From: Malacoraja senta
Lineage: Eukaryota
Direction of reading: 5' to 3'
DNA: 64,000 nucleotides
Assembly: GCA_038087875.1 (NCBI GenBank)
Contig: CM075988.1
Coordinates: 14,944,001 to 15,008,000 of the forward strand
Part shown: positions 13,440-26,227 of the stretch, piece by piece
Layout: every line of letters begins with the position of its first letter
How positions within the stretch are numbered: the first letter of the stretch is position 1
Notes under the pieces: model-generated
The model's input: only the letters and a program-made list of their open reading frames with translations
Told to the model about the DNA's origin: nothing
The model's database searches: none
Translations under genes and position numbers: made by a program

Positions 13440-14465
13440 ACCCTCCGTGCGCGGTGAGTGTGTGGCGACTCTCAATGTGAAGACCGGCTGATGTGTCATC
13501 GCCCTCCGCTCGGGTCCATTGGAGAGGCAGCGCCTGCCGCTCCGTGTGTTTCCCCGGCATGGCTTTAGGGGCAGTGTTTCCTGTAGTTTGGACGCCTATG
13601 CCGCTTGAATCCTAATTTGACACTCGGCGCGGTTTGGACAGAATGTCAACCCGGGATTACAGCCGGTCGGTTTTGCCTCAATTCCACTCTGTACAAACAC
13701 ATTTGCTAATGTTTGGACGCGGCCGCCGCTTGTACAGTCTGTCCAAACTGCGGCTTGGCGTTTTATTGTTGTGAGTGTCTGTGACAGACTGATTTCCCTC
13801 AATTCAATTCCAGGGCGCAAGAGCGGAAGAAAATATTGGAATTACTATTAACTCTTTGCAACATTCATTAACCATTTGGCCCAAGTTTTCTGAAAGGGGT
13901 CGATGTTCCGTTGAGACTGTGGGTGAGTGGATTTGTTTCTTACTGCGGAACGCGTTACTTGCTGCCTTTCGGAAGACTTGGTCTCATTCTGTGTTGCCTT
14001 GCCATTAATTGCGTGGAATCTGCCAGCGAGGCCGGCACTTTGCTGTTCGTTTCGTATCTGCAATTTATAATTTCGGTCACTTCAAAAAGCTCGCTGATAA
14101 TAATCTGTTTTTAATGGGAAGTAGACAGTTGCGCGCAGTATCATTCCGCTTAGCTGATACATTGCACCGACCGGGGTCACTTATTGTTTGCCCAGTGCAT
14201 TTGGGCTGGCGGCGCCGGGTCCCTCCTCTGGTTGTGATCTGGACTGAGCATTCGCATGGGTACAATGAGACTCGCAGGTCGGCAGCACTTGAATGAATTT
14301 TGCAGCCACACTTCGCCGTCATATCCGTTGGAGATGCCAGTGTGTTAGCTAGCGTTCAGCAATCTACCCGTTTCAATTCGAGGGGAGCACATGTGGTCCA
14401 TGTCCAGGTCCAGACCCTGGGCTAATCAACAAAAAAGCCCCAATGCAGCCAACTGAGCGGCGAGC
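13440..14465 (+). promoter_or_regulatory. CpG-rich island, candidate promoter / non-coding first exon region of the kainate receptor gene
   Basis: Non-repetitive stretch of about 1 kb with many retained CpGs in a CpG-depleted background. Consensus donor-like sites GCG|gtgagt (13453/13454) and TGG|gtgagt (about 13922). It lies 13 kb upstream of a coding exon that has an acceptor and so needs an upstream exon. Confidence 0.55.
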
Positions 14466-15842
14466 CACCATTATGTTACCCAACGCAAATTAGTTGTCAT
14501 CTCTGTTGCAGATGACGTTGTCATTAAAACATATAAAATGTCAGACTTTCTTTGTCATCTGCACATGTCGCACTTTTGGGTGTTGATGTGTTTTACTATT
14601 TTTGTGCCAGGCTGGTGCATGCTTTCCTGTCGACCGTGACTGGGGATGAAGAGAGCTTTGCTATCTGAACGAGATGACGATGAGGGAGACCTTGGGGGTG
14701 GCAGGAGGGTGGGATGGAAGTGGTGGGGGGAAAGGGGCTGTTGGGACTGAAGGGGGAGGGTGGTGGTGAAGGCTGGTTTATTGCACCTGATGTCTTCACT
14801 GAAAACCATTCTGGCCTTGGTATCTGCCATGGGTTGCCTTGTGTGACAGTGAACTGCAGGGGCTCCTGTCATCTTTAGAATATTGGAGTCAACAATTTCT
14901 AATGTTGGTCCTTCTTTTGTTGTAAGAAAGATTACTTGCAGGATTTACATTAGTGGAATCAAAGCAAAAATGTCATTGTGAATCATGAAACTTACAGCCC
15001 TCTATAGTTACCGAGTCATGAATAACAATAAACATGTTTCTTTTCTAATTAAACCAAAGCATATATCCATGGGTTAGTGAAAAAGAATATTTAAGTGCAC
15101 TGAATCCTCGTTTAAATCACAATGATCTCTGGTCCAAAGTTACAGTAACTAGTCTGCAGCTGTATTAATCTCCAGTGACCTAGAAAGATTATGTTCCCAA
15201 TAAGTATTCTACTATACTTCTGCAAGTTGTTTAGATGTGTTTGTTCTTGGTTACTTATTTTGGCAACATTCATAAATATGTCCAGTTGTAGTTAGGCACC
15301 GCCAAGTATTATACTTTATATATTACAGAAATAATACATTTACCTACTACCTTTATCTTGGATGAGCAAGAGAAATGTTTATTATATGATTGGTCTAATT
15401 ATTTGGAACAGAGGGAAATACTTACAATTTTTTTGAAAAACTAGCCCAATACTTCTGAACTTTCTTCTAATAATGCCGCGTTGGATAAGTTGTACATTGT
15501 TCCAGCTTCTTTCGCAGCAGCTGGTGAAGCGTAAAGGAATACCCAGCATTGATCTAGTCAGCTACAAGGCAGGAAAATTCAATTTAAGTTCACAAATAGA
15601 GGGAAAGGAAAGATAGGGTCAGTAGGGCCAAGAAAAATAAAACGCATACTCATGGAGAGAAAAAAAGGCAAAGAGATAGAAAAGAAAATGAATTGTGGAA
15701 GGAAAAGTTGAGTCTTGATAGTCAAAGGTGGTCAAATGTGGATTGCTCCATTTAGGATTAATAGATCATCTTTGAATTTGCAGCAAGGGAGGAGAATGTT
15801 CACCTCTCTGGCATTATCTGTGTTTCCAGCTCCTTAGCCATA

Positions 15843-16156
15843 CCTATCCATCATAATCCATTGGCATAATCCTATCTACCATAATCCATTGGCATAATCC
15901 TATCCATCATAATCCATTGGCATAATCCTATCCGCCATAATCCATTGGCATAATCCTATCCGCCATAATCCATTGGCATAATCCTATCCGCCATAATCCA
16001 TTGGCATAATCCTATCCGCCATAATCCATTGGCATAATCCTATCCGCCATAATCCATTGGCATAATCCTATCCGGCATAATCCTATCTACCATAATCCAT
16101 TGGCATAATCCTATCTACCATAATCCATTGGCATAATCATATCCACCATAATCCAT
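15843..16156. repeat. 28-bp minisatellite, about 11 copies (ATAATCCATTGGCATAATCCTATCCGCC)
   Basis: Period of 28 read directly (CCATTGG at 15914, 15942, 15970 and onward). Confidence 0.95.
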
Positions 16157-17849
16157 TTCCTCTTCCCAAAGCAAATATATGGCCAGTTGTCCTCCAGATT
16201 ATTCAATATTGCATTAGAACGGTCTAAATTCAAATTACCCTTTGAAATATAAATCTATTGATATGCCATTGAAATATCTGCTGTGGTATAGTTTGCTAAT
16301 CACTCTTTCATAATTTTAAAAGAACCTGACAGATTTCTGCCTTAGCCTTTTATGCTCTGGTGAATTTAAAAAAAAATTATTGAGTGCCGTTATGAGTGCA
16401 CGTTCTTGTACTATTATTATTATTATTTCCCAATATCTTTTGTGTAATGAGGCACGTGTACACTGAATACTCCAACTGCAGTCAAGCTAATATTTAGTAC
16501 AAATTCACCTAACTGCGTTTTAATGCATTTGTAGATTTCATAGATCTTCCATTATCTTCAACAACTCAACATTGTTCATTTTCCACAATATTTCTTGTTT
16601 CACATTTCTTTCCATTGAAGTTGGTCTTTTAGCTGTATATTGCTCCAATAATCTCTTATACTTTTCTTTACATTTGTCATATTAATTTTGATTAGAAGTT
16701 TGTGCAATTTGTGTTGAATTTGTAAGTGACTGGATAGCATGCAACAAAAGCTTTTCACTGTGGCAATAAACTAAACTAAAGTGGAATATAGATTAAATGT
16801 GATCCCCGCGAGAAAATGGCGACCCACCTTTTAATTAAACTGCTGCCTTCTTTGTAATGATTGGGCTCAGCTAATGGTGTTTGATAAGAAATTTCAAGGT
16901 TGACCAAGTGATGATGAAGGGTCAACTTGAATATTAGTGTAGGATAAGTTCGAGTTGTTTGGAAATTTGAGTCATTATCATTGCTATTTTGAGTTAGTAG
17001 TATTATTTAACAATCACTTACCAAGAAACCTGCTCACTTGGCACCAACTCAAAACAAGTCATCAAAGTCTTATCAAAATGAGACAAGAAGGGGTCAGGAA
17101 GGAAAATTCTAATTCCTGGAAACAGAAGAAATGTGGAGGCCAGGTGTTGCAGCCCCAAATCACGATAACAAGGAACTGCAGATGCTGAAATCTGGAGCAC
17201 AATTCAAAGTGCTGGAGGAACTCAGTGGGTCAGGCATCATCTAAGAAGGGGATGGATAGTCGACGTTACAGGTGGGACCCTTCTTCAGTCTGTAAATTAC
17301 GAGGAAGTGTCCTAACCCAAAATGTCGCCTGCCTGCTCCCTCCTCAAATGCCACCTGACCCTCTGAGTTACTCCAGCACTTTGTGCCCTGTCCAGTTGCC
17401 TCGCATCCATCTGAAATTGGAAAATAAGGTGTTGGAGCAGAGATTTCTTCATCACAGTGCTGCTTTTAGCCCACTGGAACGTAGAGTGTTTTGTTTAGTC
17501 ATAATTTCTAACATGATTTAATGTGAGTAACCTGTGCTATCAAAGCCATTGCTATCAATATGATTAATGACACCAGCATAATTAGTACCATATTTTTCAA
17601 GAAATAGTTTGTACCTGATTGGAAGCATATCAAATTGATAGAATATTTATAAAGGAACCAGAGATCTCACAAATTAGGCCTTTTGATTCTGCGTCAGCTT
17701 TGCGAAAAAAGAAAATTTGGCCCAGGTTTTACCCGTTAACCTGGCATATTAGTCCAAATTGTCCATTTGTCTTTCCAAGGGCATAAATGTCAGTGTGGAT
17801 ATGATATCAGAGTTTGGTGCTGCACAGCCCTATGACTCTCCCCCAGAGC

Positions 17850-18150
17850 AGAGTGGCACAGTCGCGAAGCTGGTAGAGCTGCTGCCTCACACCACGAGAG
17901 ACCTGTGTTGGGTCCTGACCTCCGGTATTTTTTTTCTCATTTTGCCTTTTACTGAGTAGTTTTCTCCAGGTGCTCTGGTTTCCTCCCGCATCCCAAAGAC
18001 AATACAGGTTTGTTGGTTAATTGCCCTCTGTAAATTGCCCCTAGAGTGGATGTGAAAGTGGGATAGCTTAGTACTGTTGCGAGATCAACAGCCAGTGTGG
18101 ACAAGATGGGCTAAAGAGCCTGTTTCATTGCTTTACCTTTCAATCAATCA
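17850..18150 (+). mobile_element. tRNA-derived SINE (HE1-like)
   Basis: Same head, body and tail, diverged. Confidence 0.75.
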
Positions 18151-18489
18151 AATCTACTTCCATTACTCTTTCAGTTGAAGTGTCATCACCCTCTGAGAAA
18201 TGAGAGGAGAAATGAGACGACAAGAAAGAAATGTTTGTATTTCTGTGGCTTTGTTAATGTCTCCAACATGTCCCATATGTATTTCTGTAATGATGCCTTT
18301 GTTGTAATATGAGAAGTGGGAAGTGCAGCTGTCAATGACTGTATGGCAAGGTCACACCAGACATTTGGATAGTGGTGAAGTAGTCTTGCCATGTTGATTG
18401 AGTAATCAACATGACAAGTCTACTTGTCTTAGGACTTGATATTCACTTAGGACTCCCTTGATATTCAAAATAGTATTGAGGGATTTGTC

Positions 18490-18655
18490 ACACCCATTGA
18501 CTCAGTTTAAAGTTTCATTCTTCTAACAATGTCGTACTCCCTCAGTATTGCACTGGAGTCTTTATCTGCACAATTGTTCTCATTTCTAAGAGATGGGATG
18601 TGAATCCACTCTGTAAGAGATGAGAGTACTACCAACTGAGACACAGTTGATAATG
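18490..18655 (-). mobile_element. Ancient Deu-domain SINE remnant (SacSINE1/AmnSINE1-like)
   Basis: actccctcagtattgcactggagt...gagagtactaccaactgag resembles the reverse complement of the Deu-SINE head and core. Confidence 0.5.
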
Positions 18656-19324
18656 CTAATATATGTTTTGTCATTAGCTTATATCCACAACTTTTGACTA
18701 CTGACCATATCACAGAGATTAATTTATTCCTCTTTCCTCAACAACAAAATCTTACACTGAGCACCTACATCTTCCCCCTTTAAATTTCTCTGCTTTAAAT
18801 AGAGCAACTCAAGATACAATCTTTCCACATAAGTGAAGCCACTTGTTCCCAGTGTAGGAAGGAACTGCAGATGCTGGTTTAAACCGAAGATAGACGAAAA
18901 ATCTTGACCCAAAACGTCACCTGTTCCTTTTCTCCAGAGATGCTGTCTGACCCGCTGAGTTACTCCAGCTTTTTGTGTCTATCCCCTTGTTCCCAGTGTC
19001 AACTTTAGTTTCCAGCACTACACACAGTATCAGTGCGATCAGTGATTTGCGAATATTTTGCATGACTTCCTGTATTTCTGTTCTGTGCAATTATTTAAAA
19101 AACACAGGTGTTATATCTGTTTTTTTAAGCTACCTTATTAGCTTGCTCTTGTTCCTTCAAAGGTTTCTGAATGTGCACCCTCTACTCCTGTAGCTGCAAT
19201 AAAATTCACTGCAGCGTAGTGCATTTTATATCATTCCACCCTGCCGTTTGTCCTGAATTACATCACTCAGGACGTACACATAGAATTGCACCGGACATGT
19301 GTTTGCCGAGCTCACCTGATTAAC

Positions 19325-19625
19325 TAAATGCTTGTGAAGGACATAGGTTTAAGGTGAGGTGGGAGGGGGGGGGGGGATTTAATAGAAACAAGAGGGGCAA
19401 CCTTTTTACACAAAGGGTGGTGGGTGTATGGAATGAGCTGCCGGAGGAGGTAGTTGAGGTAGGGATTATCACAAGGTTTAAGAAACATTTGGACAGGTAC
19501 ACAGATAGGATAGATTGAGAGTGATATGGGCCAAACACGGGCAGGTGGCACTAGTGTAGATGGGACATGTTGGTCAGTGTGGGCAAGTTGGGCTGAAGGG
19601 CCTGTTTCCACGTTGTATGACTATA
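19325..19625 (+). mobile_element. CR1 LINE 3' fragment
   Basis: FTQRVVGVWNELP and tail gaagggcctgtttccacgttgtatgact. Confidence 0.8.
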
Positions 19626-20099
19626 AGTAGTCTTCCCCTCGCTGTTCACTATTTTGCCAGCTATTGTAGCATGTGTACAGTTCAAAATTGGACTCCATAT
19701 ACCAAAGACAAGGTGGATAATATATAAAAATCAATATTCCTTTCTATAAAAAGGCATAATGCAAGTTGACTGGCAGCAAGCTATTGGAAACTCATAACTT
19801 TTAAAATATTGTCTAAAATAGTGAGAATACAGATGGCATACAATGCAATATTGAAGTTTTATTTCTGTGGCAACTTGTCATGGACAATTTGCAAGCTTTT
19901 GATTCAAATTTTTTATAGCAGCTTACAGAAATCCTTTGTCATGTTTCATCGGTATGTCAGAGCAATCGATTGACAGCAATTAACGTACAAAGGAACTTGG
20001 TTGAGAAAGTACACAGATTTTTTTTAATTGTGGTTATTGGAGAACAAGTGTTAGCCTGTAGTTAAGTGATTCGACGAATAATTGATACCCACATGGACA

Positions 20100-20460
20100 T
20101 TCAGAGAGTTACACAGCATGGAATCAGGCCCTTCGGCCCAACTCATCCATGCTAACAAAGGTACCTTTCTGAGCTTGTTCCTTTTGTCTGCGTTGGGCCT
20201 ACATTCCTCTAAGCCTTTTAAATGTTGTAATTGTACCCACCTCTAACATTTCCACTGGCAGCATATTCCATACACCCACTTCCGTATTTGAGAAAATCTT
20301 GCCTCTCGGGTCCCATTTAAATTTTTTCCTACTCAACTTAAACATGTGCCTTCTGGTTTTATACTCCCCTACCATGGAAAAAAGAGTGCGTCTATCCACC
20401 TTATCTGTGCCCTTTGTGATTCTATAAGCCTCGATAAGGTCACCCCCTTATCTCCTACGC
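20100..20460 (-). mobile_element. CR1 LINE 3' fragment
   Basis: KTRRH..K...VGVWNMLP and 3' tail. Confidence 0.75.
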
Positions 20461-21970
20461 TCAAGCTTACTATCAGGTGTACTGTATAACACATCATACC
20501 TCACGATTGCATGCAGTTACATTATTGAATAAAGCAAGTGACTTATCAATGTCATTTCACTGTCTGTAAATTAGACTTACTGAGGTCATTACAAAAAGTA
20601 AAGATGCCCTATTACAAGATAACAGAAAGTAAATTTACTCCATTTTCCAAGGCTCACTGCACATAAATGCCTGAAATTTCATTCCTAAATGCAAGCACTA
20701 AACACTTACTACATTACTATTTCTCAGCCTCTGAAATTGACACCATTGACTTCAGTGGAATGAATTTTGGAAGCAGAGTACCAATGTACTGACACAACCG
20801 TGCAGTGTATTTAACGCTACTTACTGGATATGAACTTTCAGGAGGCACGGTATTCCTCAATACAGCATTGCAGCAGAGAAGGGCTGACTGCCGAAAGATA
20901 AGCGTTGAACGTAGAATGCTTAGTCTCCAATGAGTAATTGATTTAGCAACAGCAACAACCAGCAGTTATCTGCTGCCTTTAATATAATAAAACATGCCAA
21001 GGCTCTTTATAGGATTAAGTAATTTTAGAAGAAAAACTCCAGAATGAACAAGATAAGGATGCGATATCTATTGGATGGGATGTCAAGATACAATGTAAGG
21101 TCCCACCAGCATGCCCACAATACAGTCGCGTGAATTGGACATAATTACCTAGTGCTAATAGAATAATAGCAGCCTGGGTTGTGATGGTGTGGCTAGACCA
21201 TCAAAGAGGAAGTAAATGAGCAACAACATATGGTGTTGTCACTGATGTCAGAGGGTCCATGGTGATCAAATTTTATGCATCAGCTGCTCTTGGGCTGGCA
21301 TCATGATGACTTGCTGAGTCACAGTTAGTTTCCGTGTATGTATTGAGGATCTCACAGAGGAATCAATTGTTTCAAGTGACCAGCTACCTCGAGGTGATTG
21401 GGTTGTACAGGTCAACTGGATTTCTGGGAGCACCACAATGCTGAGAACTATATTTGGCATAGAATCCAATCTCTATCTATTTGCTCTATCTATTGTACTG
21501 GAGTTTGATTTGTTTGTATTTATGTATCATAATATCTGAGCTGTTTGGATAACACGCAAAACAAAGCTTTTCACCGTACCTCGGTACATGTGACAATAAC
21601 AAACCTAAACATAAACACTGGAGATTTGATTGAATCTACATTACCTTTTGGACAATTCAGTGCCCTGAAACCCATGGAGTCATTTCCGTCATTAATGCGC
21701 TTTTTACAAGGAGCAGGTGGAACATTGACTAGTTGGACAAAATGGACTGTTACTGTGCTCTACTGTGCTTCGAAAGCTGTGTTGACAGGGCCTGCATTTA
21801 TTGCCCAGGCTAATTCATTCTAGTGAGCTACAAAATAATTTGGATTAATCCTTGTTGGGCTGGTGTTTCTGATGTTGTGTTCACTTTATGGAAACTATCG
21901 CTACCGCTCTTACTGAAAGGGGAAGGGAATGTTTTATAAACCAGTTTTCTCCGAGATCTGTGATATTATG

Positions 21971-22165
21971 GGTGGCACAGCTGGTAGAGTTGCTGCCTCA
22001 CAGCGCCAGAGACCCGGGTTGGTCTGTAGGTTCATTGGCCCCTGTAAATTGCCCCTGGTGTGTAGGGAATGGATGCGAAAGTGGGATAACAGCGAACTAG
22101 TGTGAATGGGAAATCGATGGTTGGCATGGACTCGGCGGGTCGATGGGGCTGACTCCAATGCTTCT
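21971..22165 (+). mobile_element. tRNA-derived SINE (HE1-like), internally deleted
   Basis: gtggcacagctggtagagttgctgcctcacagcgccagagacccgggtt head. Confidence 0.75.
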
Positions 22166-22712
22166 GCGATCACGACAGGATGATGGCGTCACCCACAAAA
22201 ATAGATGAGAGTTTGGCCCCTTGCTGCTCCTGATCTACCTGGGCCCGAACAAAGCAGATTGCTCAGTCGCATTACGCTTTCACTTGAGAAAGTGATAGAA
22301 GCTGCATTTTATTTTTTTAATTTCATGATAAATCTGCAATTAGACTGCTCCAGGTTTTTTTTTGCTCCTCTCTGCAGGCTACCCCTGGGGTTTTACATAT
22401 TTCTATGTTTCTTAATTTTATTGCAGATTTAAGATGAGTGACAGCCCGAACAAATCTTTGGTAGATATACCCAACAGTCAAATTCGAGCACTGTTCTCTA
22501 CCAGGAATGCAAAGGGTTAACTCTGTATAGCCATCATGATTTATAGAGATGGTTCATGCGTGAGTTACTTAATTGCATTTTTTTTTAAGTGAAGCTGTGT
22601 CGGCAAGGGGATTGCAATGGATGTTGCATTTCTTCAGAGGTGTTCAATGTGATGTCATCAAAGAGATTTGTTATGGAAATTAGTCATAGCCTTGTCTTTA
22701 CACACACTGTCA

Positions 22713-22717
<5 letters not shown>

Positions 22718-22761
<44 letters not shown>

Positions 22762-22777
22762 GAGAGAGAAAGAGAAA
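22718..22777. repeat. (GA)n microsatellite
   Basis: Direct read. Confidence 0.95.
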
Positions 22778-23317
22778 GGAAGTGAACATGAAGGGCAATG
22801 TTTCCAAAGCTGGTTCTGGTTGAAGACCAGTTAGTTTTCTCTGTTAGTTTTGTCAGCCCAAGGGCTCAGCTTTGTATTTCTAAACGAGTAATATTTTGTT
22901 TCTACGTTTAAAATCAATTCGAAATAATATGAGGCTAGAATGAAGGCTGTTTGAAAGGTCAGTGCAAACATCACTTTTCCCAGATGTCGACTCACCCATG
23001 AAATTATTCATAAAAGGTACAGAGACAGATGAGCATGGATGGCAGAGACCAACGCAGTGTGCAGGCTGCACAGCCTCTAATGGTGCAGTCAGCTCCACTC
23101 AGGGTGCAACCTTGTGACCTGACCAGGATATCTGGCAGATTATATCAGACCAATCTTCCTGGAAGATAGGTTGAATGAATAAACTGGGCCCCTGTGGGAA
23201 ATTAGATTGAAGCAAGTACTGAGATGAGTTTCGCCTGGTCGAGATAAGACATCAAAGAGATGACAAAATCACAGAATAAGTCACAATGTATCCTCTGACC
23301 ATTCCCTGTACAACTCA

Positions 23318-23635
23318 GGCGGCACAGTGACGCAGCAGGGAGAGTGGCTGCCTCACAGCGCCCGAGACCCGGGTTCGATCCTGACTTCAGGCGCTGTCTG
23401 TACAGAGTCTGCACCTTCTGCCGGTGACAGCATGGGCTTCCTCCGAGTACTCCGTTTTCTTCCCAGGTCACAGAGACGTGCGGGTGTGCTGGATAATTGG
23501 CCGCTGTAAAATCCCCCCCAGTGTGTAGGGAGTGAATGAGAAAGTGGGATGACATAGAACTGATGTGAATGGGTGATCAGTGTCACATGGACTCGGTGGG
23601 CCGATTGACTTGTTTCCATGCTGTATTGCTCAACG
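23318..23635 (+). mobile_element. tRNA-derived SINE (HE1-like)
   Basis: B box gggttcgatcc, full-length body. Confidence 0.85.
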
Positions 23636-23699
23636 AAAGTCCCCTATAACAGGACCACCTCCTGACCCCAAGGCACTCCTCACGGCCACTCGTTCATTC

Positions 23700-23995
23700 T
23701 TAATTCTTAAGAATAAGGGGTAGGCCATTTAGGACTGAGATGAGGAAAATGTTTTTCACCCAGAGAGTTGTGAATCTGTGGAATTCTCTGCCACAGAAGG
23801 CAGTGGAGGCCCATTCACTGGATGTATTCAAGAGGGAGTTTGGATATAGCTCTTAGGCCTAATGGAATCAAGGGATATAGGGAAAAAGCAGGAATGGGGT
23901 ACTGATTTGGGATGAATAGCCATGATCATATTGAATGGCGGTGCTATCTCGAAGGGCCAAATGGCCTACTCCTGCATCTATTTTCTATGTTTCTG
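23700..23995 (+). mobile_element. CR1 LINE 3' fragment
   Basis: FFTQRVVNLWNSLPQKAVEA and tail. Confidence 0.8.
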
Positions 23996-24653
23996 CACTG
24001 TATCTCTGAAGTCTGAACATAGAATTTAACGTGAATGGGTGATTAGTGGTCAGCATGGACTCGGTGGGCCGAAGGACCTGTTTCCATGCGGTATCTCTAA
24101 ACTAAACTCCCCTTTAACAGGACACCTCCTGACCCCAAAGCACTCCTCCCAGCCACTGCTCAGTGCAACCGTCCATTCTCCATTTGATTTCACCACTCCC
24201 TCCATCCCATCCACCTCTTTCCCTGAGGCCCTGGCCCAAGAGGGTGAGTTGCTATGGAGGTATGAACGGTACCAACACTGCCTCACCCCATTACACCATT
24301 GAGACTCCAGACAAATTTCAAGTCCATCTCATTCTTTCACGATCAAGAGACAACTGCACTGGCAACGGATGGCAATACATTTTCAGCCGCATTCTTTTGG
24401 TAGCTGGTACTCCATCAGGTTTCCACGGTGTCAGTCAGTGACTAAAAAAAATGTCAGTGAATCATTGTCCTGGAAGGGCCACGTTTTCTTTTTCTCCACA
24501 GATGTTGCTCTGAGCTGTCAGATATTTCCAGCACTTTCTTTGATTTTAATTCAGATTTTGAATAGCTGCTGCATTTTATGTATTTGTATCGATGTGGAAC
24601 ACAATCCTGGGTGAATTCTGTCACCGCATAACGTTTCAATCAGCAGGTCAACA

Positions 24654-26220
24654 TACAAAGAAGGACATAAAGTGCTGGAGTAACTCAGCGGGTCGGGCAG
24701 CATCTCTGGAGAACATGGACAGGTGATGTCGTGGGTCGGGACTCTTCTTCAACGTACAAAGAGCTGGGTAAACAGAAGGGCCCCATCCTGAAACAACAGT
24801 CGAGGGGCCCCAACCTGAAACATCACCCATCAGTCTGTCGAAGCGTCCCGACCTGAAACAATATCTATCCATGTTCTCCAGAGATGGTACCTGACCCGCT
24901 GAGTTACTCCAGCACTTTGTGTCTTTTTTGGGGTAAACACCTCATACTTTTCACACAATCTCCACAAAAGGAGTTGAAGAGAAAGTATCATCACTCACTT
25001 GGTCCTCCCCGAGTTGCCTTCACACTTAGATCCCTTGTCTGTAGCTTCCACTTCAGGATGGCGTTTCATTATCCCCCGACTGACCAGCTGCCTCTTTTCA
25101 CATTCTTCCTCTCTTTTACAGAAGAATAAGGTGGAGATTTCAACCCCTTCACCATTCATGGATTGGCCGTCATCTTATCAACCAAATCAATTAAACACTT
25201 TCACCACGAGTAGAACACAAAGTGCAGAAGTAACTCAGTGGGTCAGGCAGCATCTCTCGAGGACATGGATGTGCACCATTTCAGTTTGGGCCCCCTTTTC
25301 AGACTGCGGAAGGTTCACGACCAGAAACGTTGCCTATCCATGTCCTCCAAAGATGCTGCCTGACTCGCCAAGTTACTCCAGCAGTTTGTGTTTGATGCCA
25401 GATTCCTGAATCTGCAGATCCTTGTGTCTATTTTTACCAAGAGTACATTCTCAGTCAACACAATGTGCAAGTCCCTTGATCTTTAAGGCTGAGCGTTAAG
25501 AAATTAAGATATATTTAATGTCAGCCGGTTAGACAGTAGACGGAAAACTAAATCTATAAGACTTCATCAAAACTGAGAAGGTGAGAAAACAAGCAAGATT
25601 GAACAATAAACAAATTGCTGGAGGAATTCAGATCAGTATGAAAGGAAATGGACTGACACCATTTCAGACTGAAAAAGGGTCCTGACCTGAAATATCATCC
25701 ACTTTGGTAGCTTAATTGGCCACTGTAGGTTGCATCTGCTCTATAGGTAAGTGTTAGAACCTGGAGTTTGATGATGAGAATGTCAGGGAGAATAAAAAAG
25801 GGATTCATGTAGATTTGGTGTACATGGATTGTTGATGGTTGGTATGGACTTGTGGGCTCAAGAGACTGCTTCTGCGCTGTATGTCTTTGTGACCCTCTGG
25901 GATTCCACCCCCATGCCCCCCAATACCTCCTGTTAATGCAATCTATATTAAAACATTACACTTAGGTCAATGTGAGGGAAGGAACTGCAGATGCTGGTTT
26001 GAACCGAAGATAGACACATAAAGCTGGAGTAACTCAGCAGGTCAGGCAGCATCTCTGGAGAACATGGAACAGATAACGTTTCGGGTCGAGACCCTTATTG
26101 AAACTGAGAGTCAGGGCTGACTCTGGGTCTGAAGAAGGGTCTCGACCCAAAACGTCACCTATTCCTTTTCTCCAGAGATGTTGTCTGATGTTGAGTTACT
26201 CTAGCTTTTTGTATCCATCT
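24654..26220. repeat. Cluster of inverted Penelope pLTR pairs (about 24654-24925, 25213-25430, 25974-26220)
   Basis: Repeated gctggagtaactcagcggg...gcagcatctctggag arms with their reverse complements. Fold-back junction AGAGTCAG-GG-CTGACTCT at about 26107-26124. Similar units at about 6105, 8890, 10575, 17170, 18852, 37505, 44165, 44685, 58365 and 59620. Confidence 0.8.
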
Positions 26221-26227
26221 GCACCTA

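Noticed and set aside
14790..14846. Short hydrophobic ORF MSSLKTILALVSAMGCLV as the receptor signal-peptide exon
   Set aside because: It stops after 18 codons. The exon at 27246-27374 has the correct motif and splice phase.
15843..16156. CRISPR-like array
   Set aside because: Contiguous tandem units with no unique spacers, in a vertebrate genome with no cas genes.
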